DNA of 62,313 bases, counting the filler, from Dugesia japonica (taxonomy: Eukaryota): assembly GCA_001938525.1 (NCBI GenBank). It is 6 parts of 6 records of this genome, joined end to end, with 100 filler letters (N's around TTAATTAATTAA, not from the genome) between each part and the next. Parts side by side here need not be neighbours in the genome. Positions count along the whole stretch, not along the records: positions 35,700 to 43,829 come from MQRL01628480.1; positions 43,930 to 52,527 come from MQRL01555936.1; positions 52,628 to 62,313 come from MQRL01639632.1; 3 more parts are not named here. The stretch is one strand, 5' to 3'. A program made the translations under genes and the position numbers. Shown in pieces: positions 40,026 through 52,644 of this stretch. The notes beneath the pieces are model-generated. The model ran no database searches. It was not told the DNA's origin and saw only the letters and a list, made by a program, of their open reading frames with translations. Numbering within the stretch: position 1 is the stretch's first letter; each line of letters starts with the position of its first letter.

Positions 40026-40251
40026 AGCACATTAAGAACATTTAAGAATCGATCTAAAGATAAAATTTGACGATCATGGAAACTCAAAACCAATAAAGTC
40101 AAAACAAGATTTTCCGATTCATTCCGACCAGAATAGATAAATACGAAATTATTATTCTCATCGTTATACAAACAAAATATTTTTTTACAATAATACATTC
40201 AAATCTGTTAAATTAATATCGGAACATTTATAATTATCATACAAAAATCAG

Positions 40252-40410
40252 GGCACCCTATCAAAATAGCCTCCTCAAAAATTCTATAATTATTATTATT
40301 AATATATTATTAAAAGTTATATATTAATAATATAAAATATAATATAATAAAATAATATATTAATAATAATAATTATAAATTTTTTAATGAGGCTATTTTG
40401 GCGGGCCACC
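40252..40410. mobile_element. Fold-back MITE, Mutator-like
   Basis: Long inverted arms (CAAAATAGCCTC...GAGGCTATTTTG); 9-bp flanking repeat AAAAATCAG / AAAAATTAG. Confidence 0.65.
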
Positions 40411-40589
40411 AAAAATTAGAAATCTAAATAAAATGAAATATTAACAATAATTATCAAATGAATATCAATGAAAAATAATAAAATATATTGAAAAACAACA
40501 ACGTAAATAATATAAAGAATAAAATAGTAAGAATTATGGAATGTAAAATTTGATATGTATTAATTTTGAAATTAATTGAATCCTAAAAT

Positions 40590-42329
40590 TTATCGTTTCT
40601 TCATTGGTTTTGAAGCGACAATAATGGAGCTTTGAGGAGTATTCGATGCCGGTTTGCTAAGAATACTTGAAGTGTTTCTATTTCTACTGTATAAACTAGC
40701 TTTTGATATCGTATTTTCAGTGAGATCTGATTTGCTTGGATGGGTAACATAATTTTGTGAAAGCTAAATAAAAATATTTGATCAGTATAAAATTATTTGA
40801 TCGAAACTATTATTTTAATGAAATATCCCAAATTAATGGATCGATCCCTAATTATTGATAAGCTTATTAATATACTCATATCTAAATGCAGTGGCGCAGG
40901 GAGCATAATTGGCACCAGGCGCACAATACCTTTTTGAATCTCCCATTTACCGCCGGAAATCATTAATTAAGTTAAAAAATTTTTTTCGACGCCGAAAATC
41001 TTGTTTGCCTTGGGAACCATTTGATACCCCTTTGTGAATGACCCCCCGGACATGATAGACCCCCTTCGCTACGCCTCTGTCTAGATGAGGAACATTCAAA
41101 AGAAAATGATTTTACTAATTACAATAAACAAAAATGAAACACATTAATAAAATTAAAACTTTTGGTCAATAATAAAAAAAATTAGAAAAACGTAAGAAAA
41201 AGATTTTTGATCTTTACATTTTGAAAGTGAATAAATATTTTATAATTAGTTAAGTAAAAATTTAAAAAATAAAAAAAACTAAAACACTTTCTAAAACACA
41301 AACAAAAAATTTCGCAAAAACAACATTATATAACATGGAAAATATTAAGAACAGACTAATTTTCTCAACTTCACAGGAAGAAACATGAAGAAATATTAAT
41401 CAAAGAGAATAAACCTAAAATCAATGTGATTTATAATAATTAAATAAACTAAAAAAAATTATCTAATAAAATTTCAATAAAATTAAAAAGAAATTTTTCT
41501 AATTAGGCCTGAATTACTCAAAAAAAAATTCCGATCATTACCAAAAGAGAAATAAAAAAACAAAATTTTCATCGAAGCTTTTAATTTAATTTCAAACACG
41601 ATCAATGGCTGANTCCAACAATCATTCTCGTGATAATTGTAATTATTTAACTCTTTCAATTTATATAATACTGAAAATTCTTAGAATTAGCATAAATTAG
41701 ATTAATTGGAATTGGGTTACTATTTGATATCTGATGACTAAATAAATTAACGTACCGTTTCTGATGAATACTATTAACTATACAGAACAAAAGAATACAA
41801 ACTGATATTCAGATTTTAAAAAAATATACTTGAAAAACCGAATAGTTAATAAGGTTTTATCAATTCATAATTTATCAATATTATTTAATGATGAAAGAAA
41901 ACAAATCCCTGAAAACAATTGTCGAAAATTCGAATTACTAATAACAAAACAAAAATTATTTTGATTTAAGCTTTCTAATTTCTAGAAACTTTAAAAATCC
42001 GATCTATGCGAAAGTTCGACAATTATACTCGCAATAATTGTAAATTTTAACTTATTTATTCAATTGTAATTTTTGTTTATTTTTAAAATATAATCATGTG
42101 AATAAAATTACAGCTGCTTCAGGCATCATATAAGTGCTTTTAGGTCGGTTTTTACGTTTTCGTAAATGGCACCAATATAGAACGATTATGGATACAAGAA
42201 GAATATTAAATAAGCCAATAAATATTCCAAAAACTGTGGATATAGATGCGTACAGATTATTTCTAAAAATAAAATTAATTTTACCTAATCATTTAATTAA
42301 AGAAATACCTGACAATTTTGATGTTGGAT
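40590..42329 (-). CDS. 3' exons of an unidentified single-pass membrane protein
   Basis: Exon 42112-42262 (NNLYASISTVFGIFIGLFNILLVSIIVLYWCHLRKRKNRPKSTYMMPEAA: TM helix plus basic stop-transfer) ends in a phase-0 GT. It joins the phase-0 terminal exon 40590-40763 (LSQNYVTHPS...SKPMKKR*). Possible 21-nt micro-exon at 42309-42329. Confidence 0.75.
40889..41079. mobile_element. hAT-type MITE in the last intron of the membrane-protein gene
   Basis: Ends CAGTGGCGCAG...CTACGCCTCTG; 8-bp TSD TCTAAATG / TCTAGATG. Confidence 0.8.
41300..41645 (+). mobile_element. Penelope-like 3' end with pLTR tail
   Basis: Similar to the reverse complement of 18480-18620, then the pLTR arm and tail. Confidence 0.7.
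41903..41936 (+). ncRNA. Degenerate minimal hammerhead (family 1) at the head of a pLTR (to ~42045)
   Basis: AAUCC CUGA(AA) ACAAUUGUC GAAA AU UC GAAUU; part of the 5' core is deleted. Confidence 0.55.
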
Positions 42330-43829
42330 CTGAAAATAATAATTCACATTAAAGTTCAATTTAAAGAATTCTGCTATATTAACCAAAATTTTACTAATGA
42401 AACATTTAATAGATAGAAAATGTCTATATTATTCTACATTAGAAACATCACAAATATATTTAATTATAAATTAGTAATATTTTCTATTTGAATGAAAAAT
42501 AAATTTTTAATTATGGATAAATTTTGTTAAATTCGTAATATATTTAGAATGAATTCATTTGATTGCTAGAGCTAATCATTTTGAAATCAGGTAAAAAATA
42601 TTGATTGATAAATTGATTTAGAATTTCGATAATAATCGTTATTTAACTTCTAATGCAAATCATTTGTCGTATATTACCATAATAAAACTACTGAATGTGG
42701 CATAATGCAACACTTTTCGCATGTGATATTTTCTTATTTCAAATATCATTCCATTCTGAAAATTTAAGCTATTAGACAAAAAGTCTAGACTAAATTTCCA
42801 AATGAAATAATCAATGGTCGAAAGCGCGATTTTTAATTTTTTTAAATAATTTTCTGTGCTTCGGCGTATAACAAGCACGATGAATAACAAATATATTTTA
42901 ATACGTTTTATATACTTTTAAGGTATTCAACCATTAATATATTTATGTAGTACAAGGTATCCAAATTATTTTATCTGTTCTACCAAGAAATTATGAGACA
43001 ATATTTTTGCTAAATCTTTATGAAAAATGAATTAAAGTCCACGTAGCAAAAATAATTTAACAATAGTTATCATTGAATCTAGATTGTAGCATTGTTAAAT
43101 TAATTCAAATGTATAGGAACACAACAAAAATATCTAAATTAAACTCAAATAAATATTTATTTATTTTTTGATTTTTCCATTAAAGTTATTTATGTTTTTT
43201 AAAACGTCCCACCGAAAATTGATGAACTGCTAAATGTGGTCTTACGGTTGAAAAGTTTGAAAAAAAACTAACAAACTATCAAAAGTTAAGTAAAAAAAAA
43301 ATTTCTAAAAAACAAATTTTACATATTTCCTTAGAAATAATATAGCAAATTAATTATTTCCATGTGTTTGTATCTAAATATTTTATCTCTACTGCTGAAT
43401 AAATAATTTTCGGTCATACGCCGGAGTGGGGAGGATAAACGTATGAATCTTTTGACTGATCCGACCAAATTAATTATCAAAGATATTATCATTTTTAATA
43501 ATTTACAACGAAAGACTTAATTTATCGATGATATAGGTCAATATAAAAGTAATAATTTTTATCTTTGTGTTAAAGATGTTTAAATGTAAACTATAAAGTG
43601 ATTGTTTCCAATTGAATGAACGACAGATATTGAACTCCACATACGTTCGTATGGCGAGTAAAATGGCATTCACGTTCAGAGGACGGACAAAGTGTAAAAA
43701 TTTCGCCCCTTCTCTTTCTTTCTTAAATTTTTTTATTCCCAGTTTTACAATAATTTTTGGATAATGAAATTTCATTAAAAATGAAAAAATCTGAGAAAAA
43801 ATTAAAATTCTGATGAAATAGTTACATCA

Positions 43830-43929
43830 NNNNNNNNNNNNNNNNNNNNNNNNNNNNNNNNNNNNNNNNNNNNTTAATTAATTAANNNNNNNNNNNNNNN
43901 NNNNNNNNNNNNNNNNNNNNNNNNNNNNN
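43830..43929. other. Artificial scaffold spacer N44-TTAATTAATTAA-N44
   Basis: Same 100-nt spacer. Confidence 0.97.
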
Positions 43930-45009
43930 GATTGGTAATTTTTATAAATTGTCCATGGGCCACTGGTGGTCAAGGAACCTTTGGTGGTTAAAAGAAGAAC
44001 TACTTTGTGCACTAAACTTGCCAATCAGAACAACTAGCTCTGAGATATTAAAAGCGCTCAATTTTACTAAATTTTTCACTATTAAATCAACATAAGATTT
44101 CTCAGATTTTGTCATAAATAAGAATTAACGAATAATTACAANNNNNNNNNNNNNNNNNNNNNNNNNNNNNNNNNNNNNNNNNNNNNNNNNNNNNNNNNNN
44201 NNNNNNNNNNNNNNNNNNNNNNNNNNNNNNNNNNNNNNNNNNNNNNNNNNNNNNNNNNNNNNNNNNNNNNNNNNNNNNNNNNNNNNNNNNNNNNNNNNNN
44301 NNNNNNNNNNNNNNNNNNNNNNNNNNNNNNNNNNNNNNNNNNNNNNAAAATTGGAATTGCAATAAAAATACATTTTATTTCTTTCTCTTAATTTTAATGA
44401 AATAATCTCAAACGCGACCAATGGTTGATTGTCCAACAAATATTCTCACAATAATTCTTTTTGTAATTATAAAAATGTTTATCATTGGAAAATTTTTATC
44501 AGTGATCCGTTGGATTAAAAATTATTGTATTAGTGGTCCGTGAAGTCCCAAAGGTTGGCGGCCACTGCCTTGGAGCTCCAAAGATTTGAATAAAATANCT
44601 ACAGAGAAATTGTATATTGTGTATCAACTAATGGTAAAATGGTTCCCTATCTTTGCCTTAGGTCATAAATTTCCTTAACTGTGAACATTTAGTAATTTCC
44701 ATAAAGAAATAGATTTTTTTTTACCGGGATTTGATGCAAGTTTGGATATTAACATGTGTGGCGATTTTATGCGAGAGAATGAAGAATGTATTGTTGAGAA
44801 AGATAATTCGATCTCTTCTCCAACAGAGGTTATTATCGATGAATCAGGTTTATCTGAACGCGAAGAAATTTACAGCTGTGATGAAGAAAAGGTTATGATT
44901 TATCTTGAGAAGTTGGAAATCTTTTTTCTGAATAATTTCCCGAGTAAAGTAATGAACATTCAAAAGTTCAAGAGTGAAATAATCAATAGAAGAAACAGAC
45001 GTTATATTT

Positions 45010-45435
45010 TATATTATCAATTGCTGTCTGTGCTCGTCCATCCGTCTCCAGCATTTGTCTATCTCTCTTATCTACTACTACCAACTCTTTTTTTCGTAAA
45101 ATTAAATATCTTCTTTCCAATCGCATTCACATCCCCCACATATCCACTTCGTGAGGATATACCATCGAACTTACAGTTAATATATGGCTCCAACTAGCTC
45201 CTCTACTGCTCCCTCTTTCAATCTCATCCTCCTCTTCATATATATTTCCTTGTTCTAAATCATCTTTTATTGTGTTCAACGGTTCATATCTATTATTTCT
45301 AAACCCAGTCTCTCCTTAAATCATAATTAGTTCGTTTTACTTCCACATTCCCGTCAGTCGTACTAGATATGAGTTAATTTTTACCGGATCCTTGTTCATT
45401 TCTTCACATTGCCTTCTTCACATGCCATCCAAATA
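45010..45435 (-). mobile_element. Ty3/gypsy gag-protease fragment
   Basis: Knuckle-like CVFGWHVKK followed by decayed purine-rich coding sequence. Confidence 0.45.
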
Positions 45436-46352
45436 CACATCGAAATCAAAGATGAAATAATTAATGGAAGAAACAGAAGAAACTCAAAGATAATTNNNNN
45501 NNNNNNTAGAGAAAAATAAATAAAAGAACGTTGATTAAAAAATTTTTCTTATGTGTTCATTTCGTATTGGATGAACGTCGTATAATAAAACAATGTTTGT
45601 ATTCGAATTAAACCACTTTCTATGTAGCTATATTAAATTTGAAAGCAATTACAAAGTTAGTTTTCAGTGTTACCAACACATATCTAAAGAAAAATTTTAG
45701 TTTTTACTTAAAAGTTCATGTACAAATGTTTTTCAATAAAAAGTTGACTTATTTATAATCGATTCTGAAATTGTTGTTCCCAAACATTTTTGGTTCGCGG
45801 CGCTGCTAGTCTATCAAAATATTTTCCACTGCGCTTCAAATTCAAATATTGATTCAAATATTATGCAAGTTTGTAATCTATAGGTCTAATAAATATATAA
45901 TATTGAAAAATTCATGAGGCACCTTACAGCGCACAATTTAGGAATCACCTATTCAAAAGCGATTTAAAAAACAACTTTGTAATGTAGAATAAATGTACAA
46001 TACATTTAATTAACTAATACATTTAATTAATTCAAATAAAATTGACAAAAAACAAAAAATACCAATTGACTTTATCTGATCTTAAACGGCATTAAACAAA
46101 TATGCCAAGTCTTTAACAAAACTAAACACCTATGAACAAAATTTTTCTTATAAAATTATTGTCGAAACTTCAAAAAATGAAAAGTAAAATAGAAATTAAA
46201 ATTCAAAACAATTATAGTNNNNNNNNNNNNNNNTATTTTCTCTCCAAATATTTTTAATCAAATAAATTACATGACTAAATCAATAAATTTTGTAATTTAA
46301 TAATTTTTAAAATAAATTTTAGTTGTAATTTAAAATAATTAATAATAGAAAC

Positions 46353-46811
46353 CTCAAACGATCATTAAAATAACCAAATGATACGGATCCATCTTCTTCA
46401 TCACAATCTTCTTCAACATATGCCACAACATATGATTTATTTAAAGACACTAATTCTAATATTTCTACTAGTACTTCTAACAAAACCATATAAATATCTA
46501 TTAAAAAATATTGAAAATCTATCTATAAATTAATTTCAAAACCATTGTTTACATTATTTGAATTCTCAAAAAACATGTTTTTAAAAATATGTCCCTGTAC
46601 TGATGCTATTATTGAGCATGGACCCCCGTTGAATTGTATAAGTGCAGTTTCTTCAAACTCACTAAATTCAAAACCTATGGTTTTAAGCTACATTTCACGA
46701 AATTTACAAAACAATACCTTGACACCATCTTTTAAACATATCTGAAGATACAGATGATTTACCACCCCAAATTACTTCATGAGCCTCTTCTTTGTTAAAT
46801 ATAGCGGACAT
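46353..46811 (-). CDS. MINDY3: MINDY-3 (FAM188A) deubiquitinase, 5' exons only
   Basis: Exons 46718-46811, 46543-46674, 46353-46497 (alternative donor after 46385); GT-AG introns of 43 and 45 nt. MSAIFNKEEAHEVIWGGKSSVSSDMFKRWCQGFEFSEFEETALIQFNGGPCSIIASVQG matches the MINDY3 VWG..F.RW.QGF.FS..E..AL.QF.GGPC catalytic-Cys region. Confidence 0.9.
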
Positions 46812-47299
46812 AATAAAATAATTAAAAATCCTAAGTTTAACAAATAAAAAAATATTTAATTTAAAAATTTAATTTCCCTATATTTTAAAACAAACTTGTT
46901 TGTAATTGAAGCAAAGAATGTCAATTAAATAATATTCTTATATTTAAAAATGTTTTTATAATTTAAAATCAAAATTTTTAGATGAACAAATTTAAAATTT
47001 GGAATAAATGAAATCCAATGGATGTTTTACAAAAAATGTTAAAAACAAAACTTAAAATCTCTAGTTATTTTTGTAATGTAATTTGATTTTTGCTCGTAAC
47101 CGATTATAAGCGCTGGCTTAGTATAGTGAAAAGATAATGAAAAACTTTAAATCGTCTTATTGATGGTTTCAATAATTTCAAAAGAGGAATGACATCAAAT
47201 CAAGAATTCATCATTCATTTAATAATAATCGAAAGGCCTGGTAGTAGTAGTTTGCGTTATTGCATATAAATTCTGGAATGGATTGGAGTTCTAAACACA

Positions 47300-47562
47300 C
47301 TTCTTCTAAATTTTTCTATATGTTTTTTGGATGATGTGCCGAATTCACGATCTTTTCTGTTCGGGAAATTTTTCAAATTCTTTTAAATGAATAGAATTAT
47401 TTTCTCCAATAGTAAATTTTTTGGGGAACTTCTTTTTTCATTTAACCAATCGAATTATTCCTCCAATTAGGATTGTAACGTCATGTTATTAAGAAAAATT
47501 AGTTCACTGAAAATGTATTTAAGATTTTTACGTACAACTTCTATTATTCAAACAACGATACA
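47300..47562 (-). mobile_element. 5' end (79-bp LTR, PBS, gag start) of a relative of element D
   Basis: ...TAATAACA|TGACGTTACAATC vs ...CAATAACA|TGGCGTCACGATC; MKKEVPQKFTIGENNSIHLKEFEKF vs KKFTIEENISNHITEFEKF. Confidence 0.75.
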
Positions 47563-47564
47563 TC

Positions 47565-47946
47565 TGTTAGATCCTAGTGGGTATAGGTAACTAACAAGAA
47601 AAATCGCTGACTCCAAATAATTAATTACTAGGCGTGTAGGTAAAAAAGTTCTTTATTTATTATAAACAAACGATATAATAAAAAGATATATCAATTAAGA
47701 TAACACGTCAGATTATAATAAAAACTTTTATTGATTATTAACAATTTACAAATTTGTCTAGGGAACACCTTTTTGAGCAATTTGCTCATATATAAATTAA
47801 ATGACAGAGCTCAGTAATAACTATTGACCTACAAAGATATTCACACGGTGGCACTAACAAATTACAGCATACCGCATTTAGGTCTCGCTAATTTTAAAAT
47901 GGATTTTAGGAAAATATAGGTTACCTGCTAACAATTATGTCTAACA
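47565..47946. mobile_element. Probable solo LTR
   Basis: Terminal inverted TGTTAGA...TCTAACA; no matching TSD seen. Confidence 0.4.
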
Positions 47947-47984
47947 GTACCCTTCAATGTAATTTATAATCAACTTTGTATTTC

Positions 47985-48185
47985 TAGTCCATAACAGACT
48001 ATTGAAATAAGATAAACAAAATGGTATGATAAAAAAATGATTAACTAGTCTAAAACAGACTTACTAATAAATTTCCAAATAAAACATCGAGTTAAATTAA
48101 AACTTGTAATTTAAATAAAAACTAGTCTTTAACAGACTAAAAAAATTTATATTAATATTTTTTAAATTTAGTCTTTAACAGACTA
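47985..48185. repeat. Four spaced 17-bp hairpin repeats TAGTCT-TTAAC-AGACTA
   Basis: Copies at 47985, 48046, 48123 and 48169; spacers of 44, 60 and 29 nt. Confidence 0.75.
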
Positions 48186-49689
48186 TAAATTTAATAGAAA
48201 ATTATAATAAAAATTATAAACTATTTAAATAAAATCCCAGCTATTTTCAAGCTGGAGCGAAACATTCACTTTACAAAAAATTACTAAATAACAATGCGAG
48301 TGTGTTTAGAAAAGCGAGTTCATATTTTTGTGTGATAGGTGATCATATTTTTAAAATCTTTTTATAAAAGAAAGATTTCAAGTATTGATGAAGAATTTAA
48401 AAAACAAATATTTCTTTTAATGATAAATTAAAACTTTTGAGTAAACGGAAATTTTTCTTAAATTTTAAATAAATGAAATAAATGTTTTAAAATAAAGTAA
48501 ATTAAATTCATTTTAAATAAACTAAGTTTCAATGCTAAAAATTCCAAAATGATGATTGGATAATAAAGTAAAATTTTTAATAAATAAAATTTTTACCGTG
48601 AAAGAAAATTTGTCTTAAATTTTAAATAAATAAATAAAATGTTTGAAATTAATTAAATTAAATAAATTTTAAATATATTACAGTTTTTGATTTTGAAAAA
48701 TAATCACCAATGAAAACACAGGATTTTAATTTGTTTGAATAAACAAATAGTGTTAAGCATAGTTTTATTTTAATAAATTTATGGAGTCGAATTTTGATGT
48801 TAATAATCCTATGAGTTCTCAAAACTTATCTAAAAAACAATAAATTAATTTTTGCAATAATTTTACTAAATTCCAAAAAATTTTCCATTTGATTTTTTCA
48901 AAGAAAAATGTCCAACAAAAATTCTCAATCGTGCTATTGATTCAGATAATAAATTTTCCAATTGATTTTTTCCAAAAAAAGGTCTTAATAAAATTTAAGT
49001 GTTGTGCAGTTCTTATTGAACTGCAATGGTTTTATATAGATTTAAACAAGGGTAGGTGCTGCCTACCTAACTTTGAATACAAAAAAATTGCTATAGAAAA
49101 AAGCTATGTTACCACACTTAGTAACATTTGAAAATAAAATATTTAAAATTTATTTGTCTATTAAATATAGTAACTATTGTAACTATTTATGAATTAAAAT
49201 TATTTCTTATTTTAAATAATTTTTTATAACTATTTATAGTAATTTCCTCCAAAATTAATAATAACCTTGATTTAACAAAACAATAGTTAAAAATATTTAA
49301 TTTTTTTAGTTTATCTAATTTAAACTGAAACTGTCCCTAGTTATCACGTATCTCAAATATATCACAATAAATACAATCATTATGACTGATTCACAAAATA
49401 AATTTCTGAAGATTTTTTCAAAATAATTAATAAAATTTCTATATCATAAGATCAATTAGTTATTTTTATTTATACAGCTAGAAACTCGTTAGAAGAAGAT
49501 TTATTGTCAATAACAAAACTATTAATTTCGCACTTATTTTATTTATCAAAATTGAAAGATAACTTTATATAATAAAATAACAAAAATAGAACCGTTTAAC
49601 AATTAAAATTATTTTAACCAATATTTCATCTTCAACATAAAATCTTGTTAAAAAATTTGAAAAATAAATTTTGCTTTTAATGTATATAT

Positions 49690-49995
49690 TGCTCTCTTCT
49701 TAAAAAATTTCTTAAGTTTTTCTAAATTTTTGTCTAATTTCTATCCATTTTCTACTATCGTGAATTTTCTCAATTATACGACATGGGCCCTTAAATCTTT
49801 CTTGTCTTTTATTTCTTGTTTCTAATTTGATGAGAAAGCAATCTTCTCCTATGAAATGCCTATTGGTAGATACTAACAGAATGTGTTCTATAGTTATTTT
49901 TTAAAGCACCTGGCTTGTGCCACTTTTCGCTGCCAATAGTCTTTTTGGAAACGATCTCAGTCTGGATTTTTAGTCGTCTGTCTTTGTAGCGATCC
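49690..49995 (-). mobile_element. Ty3/gypsy integrase C-terminal fragment related to element C
   Basis: LETRNKRQERFKGPCRIIEKIH vs FETRNKGQDRFKGPYQITKKIH. Confidence 0.8.
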
Positions 49996-50929
49996 TCATG
50001 AATTTGTTAGGGTTGTAAGCTAATCTTACATTAATCTTATTTAGTTTATTAAAATTTATTTTTGTTTAAATTTATCAATTTATTAATTTATTCAAGGTTA
50101 TTCAATTCAATAAAAAAGAATTTTTTAATTACTAAATTTAGTAACTAAAAATAACAAAAATTCAATCAATATTTTCCTNNCTCATATTTTTCAATCGAGA
50201 AATAAATAATTACTATATTTGGTAATAATGAATATTTTCTTAAATTCTTTGTCTGTGTATTAATACACATACTTAATAAATTTAGTATAAATATTGATTG
50301 AAAATCAGTAGTTTTCAGACTTAAATGTTTAAGCTAAATTAGCAGTTCGGCTAACAAGCAGTATTAAAATTTAAAAAGCTAATTATTAGCAGTGNNNNNN
50401 NNNNNNNNNNNNNNNNNNNNNNNNNNNNNNNNNNNNNNNNNNNNNNNNNNNNNNNNNNNNNNNNNNNNNNNNNNNNNNNNNNTTTAAACACTGATATATT
50501 ATCTGTTTTATTGTTATAAAATTAGCCGCCTAAAATTATATTTCTTGAGTTATTTACGTGTGATGAGGAAACTTAGGCCCACCATTCATTTATTTTCAGA
50601 ACGGTATCGTAATACCGGTTTTCATCCTTCTTTTAAAATTAAATAGAGCAGTTCTTGCTAAATCCCAAAAATCAATCGGTTTTTGTTTTTCAATTGTAAC
50701 TTTGTTAATTTGATAATTATATATATATTTTGATTTTTAAAAAAAATTTTTTTATTAAACATAAAGTGTTCTCTTAGTTATTTATTGTTATTATCATATT
50801 GAATTATTCTAATAAAATACCTTCACGCACAATTATTTAAACTTAAATTTAGACTCAGTATAAATAAATAAATAATTGTTATTTCTCCCCACAAGATCTA
50901 ACAAATTCAATATTTAGTGTTCCTCAATA

Positions 50930-52420
50930 TATAATGTTTTTTTACAATTCATTAATAAAATCTGGAATCTTTCTAAACTACCTTTCGATTTGGCCGTTCA
51001 CACTATGATTATACGGTTTTCATAAAAAAAGTTTAGTGTCCTGATTTTTCAAAATTTCTCTTATAACTCAAGGATCAAAGGCTTTTTCACAGTCTAGTTT
51101 CATCTCTCTTAGGCATTTAAATTTTTGTATCAACTTCTCAAAATTAGTTTTCTTATAAATTCCTTTTCTGTTTTCGTTAATGTTATATGAATTAAGTATT
51201 TACTGAACTTGTCTATAAAACCAGAAGTATACCTTTATTGCAAACTTGTTTCTAATACCGGCTCATGTAGACATTTAAATACAATTTCAAATTGGTTCTT
51301 AGCTTCTTATCCTATTTTCTTCTCTTTAATCACTGTTATAGATACTTTTGACTTCTGAAAACCTTCATAGCTACAGACAATATCTAGTATGAGGCTCCTC
51401 AAATTCATCGCCATGTATTTATCTCTCATATATGTGTACACTTTTTCACTTTTGTGGAACACATTAATGTATGTATTTCTTGTATTGTGATTTTATTAAT
51501 TTAAAAGCTTCGATCGAAATTTTTTTGTAGACAAAGTCGAAAATTCAAAATACTATCAAGAACAAAAATAAGGAAATTTTGATCAAAGCCTTTAATTTAA
51601 TGAAATCTCAAATACAATCAATGGTTAAGTCCGATGATTGTACTTGTAAAATTAATGTATTATTTCTGGTATTTTTTCATCTTGATTGTTTTATTTTTTT
51701 TGATTGATCCTATTTCTTTACAAATGTTTAATCGCCCCTCTTTTTCTTTTCGATAGTGTTCAATACTTTTATTTCAATCTTTCCTTTTTTGGCAGTTTCA
51801 TGAGATATATGATATTGCGCACACATTATAAATCTTGGTCTAGATAATATATTTGCATTTCCATATTAAATTATTCTCTATTCTAAAACCATGTATAATC
51901 TACTGAGATGATTAATACTTATCAAAAATTGGGACGTTATCACAATTTTCTTCGTCATCATTTTGAAAGTAAGAGCTTCATGATATGTTCTCAAAATTAA
52001 TTTTCTACCATGCAAGTAATACAAACAGAAATAATAAACAACTAATAACTCCTTTCGTGTAATACATTATTCTTTTTACCAGACATCATCAAATTGGATT
52101 GATTGGTAACCACTGTTTCTTTTCCTTCTTTATATCTCTGTGACAATACTGCTTCAATTGTATCAAAACTGNCAATATCTAATTCAATTTTTTTGTTTAT
52201 GTATGGAAACCATCATAGTGGCGCAGTCATTAGAGCTTCTTCCAGATCCTCAAATTATGTCGTTTATTTCAGTTGACCATTCTAACTTCCTGTTGCTTCT
52301 TACACTGTACAACTATTCTGATATCTTCGATTTTCCTGAGCACCATCTTTGCTAATTATGTGTCACAGAACTCTAACTTTTCTTAGAGGAAACTGACACT
52401 TTCTTGGGTTAATTCAATAC
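50930..52420 (-). mobile_element. Scrambled Ty3/gypsy pol fragments interrupted by a pLTR hairpin (51491-51650)
   Basis: INPRKCQF at ~52390-52412; YRRKRNSGYQS in the RNase H region; several decayed frames. Confidence 0.55.
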
Positions 52421-52527
52421 ATTTGTACCAAGCTGCTCACACAAGGGTTAAGTTTTTCAAAATTTTCAAATAAAAATGTGTAAAAATCAAGAAAACAAGA
52501 AACTTCGAAAACTGAATTTGTTATTTA

Positions 52528-52627
52528 NNNNNNNNNNNNNNNNNNNNNNNNNNNNNNNNNNNNNNNNNNNNTTAATTAATTAANNNNNNNNNNNNNNNNN
52601 NNNNNNNNNNNNNNNNNNNNNNNNNNN
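52528..52627. other. Artificial scaffold spacer N44-TTAATTAATTAA-N44
   Basis: Same 100-nt spacer. Confidence 0.97.
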
Positions 52628-52644
52628 TTTTTTATATTTTTCAG

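Noticed and set aside
42134-42352. Plus-strand 72-aa ORF as a gene
   Set aside because: Antisense shadow of the spliced TM exon; likewise 46545-46745 (MINDY3) and 59332-59529 (SET)
44742-45000. Host gene in the 151-aa ORF
   Set aside because: The acidic first half resembles a pogo/Tigger transposase tail only weakly, and the second half is antisense gypsy; unsupported either way
47108-47130. tRNA gene (GCTGGCTTAGTATAGTG)
   Set aside because: Only an A-box-like word; no B box or cloverleaf
47985-48185. CRISPR array
   Set aside because: Eukaryotic context, repeats only 17 bp, irregular spacers (29-60 nt), no cas genes
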